Assembly (NCBI GenBank): GCA_963795855.1
Contig: CAWCIZ010000003.1
Location: 928,001 to 992,000, forward strand
DNA length: 64,000 nt
DNA from: Vulcanimicrobiota bacterium
Lineage (GTDB): Bacteria > Vulcanimicrobiota > Vulcanimicrobiia > Vulcanimicrobiales > Vulcanimicrobiaceae
Reading direction: 5' to 3'
The notes beneath the pieces are model-generated. The model was not told the origin of the DNA. It did not search any database and worked only from the letters and a program-made list of their open reading frames with translations. Positions within the stretch are counted from its first letter, which is position 1, and every line of letters starts with the position of its first letter. A program made the position numbers and the translations under genes. This document shows positions 61,061 through 64,000 of the stretch, piece by piece.

Positions 61061-62572
61061 ATGCAGGTTCTGATCAACGCGCGCGTTTACTGCTACGACC
61101 CGTCCACCCGCTCGTATTCCCGTCGCGGCGGATTGGTACTCGACGGCGAACGCATCATATCGCTCGATCCCGGCGATGCCGGCGCGGGCGTCGAGCAAAT
61201 CGACATGGACGGGACCGTCATAGTGCCCGCGTTCGCTGATTGTCACGTGCATCTCACCGATACGGGCTACTTTTTGGACGAGAGGTTTCTGGGCGGCGTT
61301 CGATCGTATGACGAGTTTGCGCGCGCGGTGAGCCGCATTCCGGGCGGCGCATTCGTGTTCGCGGGGCAGTACGACGAAAGCTTTTGGAATGACGGCCGCC
61401 AAGCCGACGCGCGTGTGCTCGAACGTTGTTTTCCCGACGCGCGCGCGATGCTGGTACGCGTCGACGGCCATTCGTGCATCGTCAACCGCAAGACGTTCGA
61501 GTGGCTGGGCATTCCGGAAAACTTGCAAGGCGTCGAACGCGACGTTGACGGGCGGCCCACCGGAAAACTTTTTCTCGAGGCGAATTGGCGCGCGCAAGCG
61601 CGCTTCATGAAGGCGCTGCCGGAAAACGTCCGCCGCGACGCAGACCGCCGTGCAACCGAACTCGCGCTTTCGCGCGGCTACCTGCACATGCACGTCCAAT
61701 TCGTGGGGTTGGAACGCGACCAGTATGGGTTCGAGATCGACGCGCTCGGCGATCTGCCGAAGGCAAAATGGTACCCGAAAATCTGCGAGCCGGATCCGGC
61801 CTTGGCTCGGGAACTGGGTTTGCCATACGTCGGCGGCGACGTATTTTTGGACGGCTCCATCGGCAGTTGTACCGCGGCGGTCACCGATCCGTTTCTCACC
61901 ACCGGTTCCTGCGGCGAATTGAAGTACTCCGACGACGAATTATACGTGTACTTTTCGAACGCGGAAGCGCTGGGCATATCGGCGGGCGTCCACGCCATCG
62001 GCGATCGCGCCATCGAACAGTGCATCGCTACGTGGGAACGCGTCTTGAACGGAAAACCGAGCGCGCGGGGAAATCGACACTTCATCGAACATTTCGAGAT
62101 CGCGCGCGCGGAGCACATCGAGGCATGCGCGCGCATGGGCATTTACCTTTCGATGCAGCCGCAGTTCGATGAATTGTGGGGCGGTGCGGGCGCGATGTAC
62201 GACGCGCGGCTCGGAACCAAGCGCATGCGCACTATGAACGCCCTTGGGCGCATCGAACGCGCCGGCGTGGTGCTTTGCGGTGGCGACGACAGCCCGGTGT
62301 GCGCATTGTCGCCGCTGGAGGGCATGCAGGCCGCAGTCGATCATCACGAAGAATCGGAACGGTTGAGCGCGCATCAAGCGCTGACCATGTATACGTATAA
62401 CGCCGCGCGCTTGGCGCACGCCGAAGCGTGTACCGGTCTGCTCGCGCCCGGATATGCTGCGGATTTCGTCGTGCTGGATCGCGACCCGCTGGACGGCGCG
62501 CGCTTTGCGGACAGCGCGGTGCTTGCGACGTGGTCGGATGGCGCGCCGGTATACCGGAGCAGTTCGGGTTGA
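61061..62572 (+). CDS. Amidohydrolase (YtcJ-like)
   Basis: PAFADCHVH, DGS, HAIGDRA, IEH, ADFVVLD. Confidence 0.88.
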   Translation: MQVLINARVYCYDPSTRSYSRRGGLVLDGERIISLDPGDAGAGVEQIDMDGTVIVPAFADCHVHLTDTGYFLDERFLGGVRSYDEFARAVSRIPGGAFVFAGQYDESFWNDGRQADARVLERCFPDARAMLVRVDGHSCIVNRKTFEWLGIPENLQGVERDVDGRPTGKLFLEANWRAQARFMKALPENVRRDADRRATELALSRGYLHMHVQFVGLERDQYGFEIDALGDLPKAKWYPKICEPDPALARELGLPYVGGDVFLDGSIGSCTAAVTDPFLTTGSCGELKYSDDELYVYFSNAEALGISAGVHAIGDRAIEQCIATWERVLNGKPSARGNRHFIEHFEIARAEHIEACARMGIYLSMQPQFDELWGGAGAMYDARLGTKRMRTMNALGRIERAGVVLCGGDDSPVCALSPLEGMQAAVDHHEESERLSAHQALTMYTYNAARLAHAEACTGLLAPGYAADFVVLDRDPLDGARFADSAVLATWSDGAPVYRSSSG

Positions 62573-62582
62573 GCCGAATGTT

Positions 62583-62893
62583 TTACTGCGCCCGCGGCTG
62601 CCGGTCGATCGCGCCTTCGGTTCGCGGCCGAATGCCATGCGCAGCTCGTCTTTCGCCTTCTCGAGCGTGCGTTTTTGCTTCGCGCTCACGTTTTTACCGC
62701 CGCGATTGATGAAGAAGGTCAACATCGACATTGCGGAGCGGAACGGTTCGGCTTTTCTGCGCGTGCTGCGCTCCGCAGAGCGCTTGAGCGAGCGTGCGAT
62801 GGCTTTCGGATCGCTTTGCGCGAACACGCCTTGCTCTAAATCGAGCGCGTCGCTGCGTTCCATGACTTTATGCGACCATTTACGTGCAGGCAT
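62583..62893 (-). CDS. DUF3175 family protein (3' end uncertain)
   Basis: SDALDLE..IARSLKRSAERS..PFRSAMSMLTFFINRGG. Confidence 0.75.
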
Positions 62894-62920
62894 GCGAAGA
62901 TCGTACCCACGAGAACGCGC

Positions 62921-64000
62921 TTAGATCAGCGAAATGGTTTCCTTGGGCTTCGGGCGCGCTTCGATTGAAGCGAGCAGTGCGTCGGCCAATGTGTCGCAGA
63001 CCGGGTCGTCGATTTCTTCGACGCGGCCTTCGTCTGCAAGGCGTGCCTTCGTCGGATCGATTGGGATGCGCGCCAGCACCGGCGCCTGGGCCAAATCGGC
63101 GACTCGATCCGCGTACGACGGCCCGAAGACTTCATACTTGTTGCCGGTATCCGGCGCCACAAAGTACGACATATTTTCCACCACGCCCAAGATCGGTTTC
63201 TTGAGTTGGTGTACCAGATTCGCGGCTTTGCGCACGATCATCGTTGCGAGTGCCTGCGGCATCGTAACCAGCACGACGCCGTCGACCGCCAGCGATTGCA
63301 AAACCGTGAGCGGCGCGTCCGACGTTCCCGGCGGCAAATCGATCAGCAGAAAATCCAAATCGCTCCAAAGCACTTGCTCGTAGAACTGACGGATGACGCC
63401 GGAAAGAATCGGTCCACGCCAAATCATGGCCGTGTCTTCTTTGTCGGTCAGCAAGTTGGAACTGACGACTTCAATAGCGCTGCGCGACAGCGCCGGAATC
63501 ATCAGCGGTTGCGCGTTGCCTTGCGGCGTCTTCGGGGCCGAGGGATCCGCTTCGATCACCAGCGGTTTGCTCAGACCGAACAGTTTGGGAATCGATGGGC
63601 CCGTGATGTCGCCGTCCAGAATGCCGACGCGCAGATGCTTGCGGCGCAGACCGAGCGCGAGCAGCGCCGTGACCAGCGATTTGCCGACTCCGCCCTTGCC
63701 CGACATGATCGGGACGACGTGTTTGATGCTCGCCCGGCGCTTGAATTCACCCGGAGCGCGACGCAGCGGTGCCCGGTCCTCGGCGGAGATGTTTGGCACG
63801 AAGCCGGAAAGACGCGCCTGCGTCAAAGCGGCGACGATCGGCTCGACGCGCAGCCCATGAGCCTTCGCGCCCTGCTCAATCGTTTCGTACTTGTTTACGC
63901 CGCAACCGGCGCAATGAAGCCCGAACCGGCCGAGAACGTCGGCGGCAATGGGCAGGTGCGCGACCAGCTCGTTGATATTGGTGCTCGGAGCGATCTCCAT
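62921..64000 (-). CDS. Mrp/NBP35 ATPase with N-terminal DUF1858-like domain
   Basis: GLHCAGC..ETIEQGAKAHG; SGKGGVGKS, DLPPGTSD, ENMS. Confidence 0.88.
   Translation of the reverse strand: MEIAPSTNINELVAHLPIAADVLGRFGLHCAGCGVNKYETIEQGAKAHGLRVEPIVAALTQARLSGFVPNISAEDRAPLRRAPGEFKRRASIKHVVPIMSGKGGVGKSLVTALLALGLRRKHLRVGILDGDITGPSIPKLFGLSKPLVIEADPSAPKTPQGNAQPLMIPALSRSAIEVVSSNLLTDKEDTAMIWRGPILSGVIRQFYEQVLWSDLDFLLIDLPPGTSDAPLTVLQSLAVDGVVLVTMPQALATMIVRKAANLVHQLKKPILGVVENMSYFVAPDTGNKYEVFGPSYADRVADLAQAPVLARIPIDPTKARLADEGRVEEIDDPVCDTLADALLASIEARPKPKETISLI

Noticed and set aside
61940..62582. Long C-terminal extension of the DUF3175 protein
   Set aside because: It runs antisense through the amidohydrolase gene; probably a stop codon missed through an indel
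25..62893. Widespread pseudogenisation or programmed frameshifting
   Set aside because: Breaks include essential dnaB, lack slippery sequences and cluster at one motif; systematic sequencing error explains them better

Overview
A GC-rich bacterial chromosome segment with about 58 CDS and one tRNA-Thr(CGT). I see no CRISPR array, integrase or IS. The rpsR-rplI-lonC-dnaB gene order together with TonB-dependent receptors suggests a diderm Terrabacteria lineage such as Eremiobacterota/Vulcanimicrobiota (inference only). Housekeeping genes (glutamine synthetase, 2-oxoacid:ferredoxin oxidoreductase, lysA, dacB, manA, msrAB, Mrp) are mixed with accessory loci. Main observations: (1) two paralogous TPR + LuxR-HTH regulators each sit beside lipoproteins with a short (D/N)xxGG(x)P peptide, including an invariant RPMDVWGGPSG, a candidate peptide-signalling system; (2) most of about 20 apparent frameshifts fall in or beside AGCT, which points to a DNA modification causing base-calling errors rather than pseudogenes; (3) a conserved, covarying leader precedes two tandem TonB-dependent receptors; (4) an ECF42-like sigma factor has two matching promoters; (5) a FolK-MptA fusion, a Cys-less Mrp fused to DUF1858, an M48 pseudo-protease fused to RDD, and a structured rpsR leader. 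All family calls come from motifs read by eye; no database search was run.
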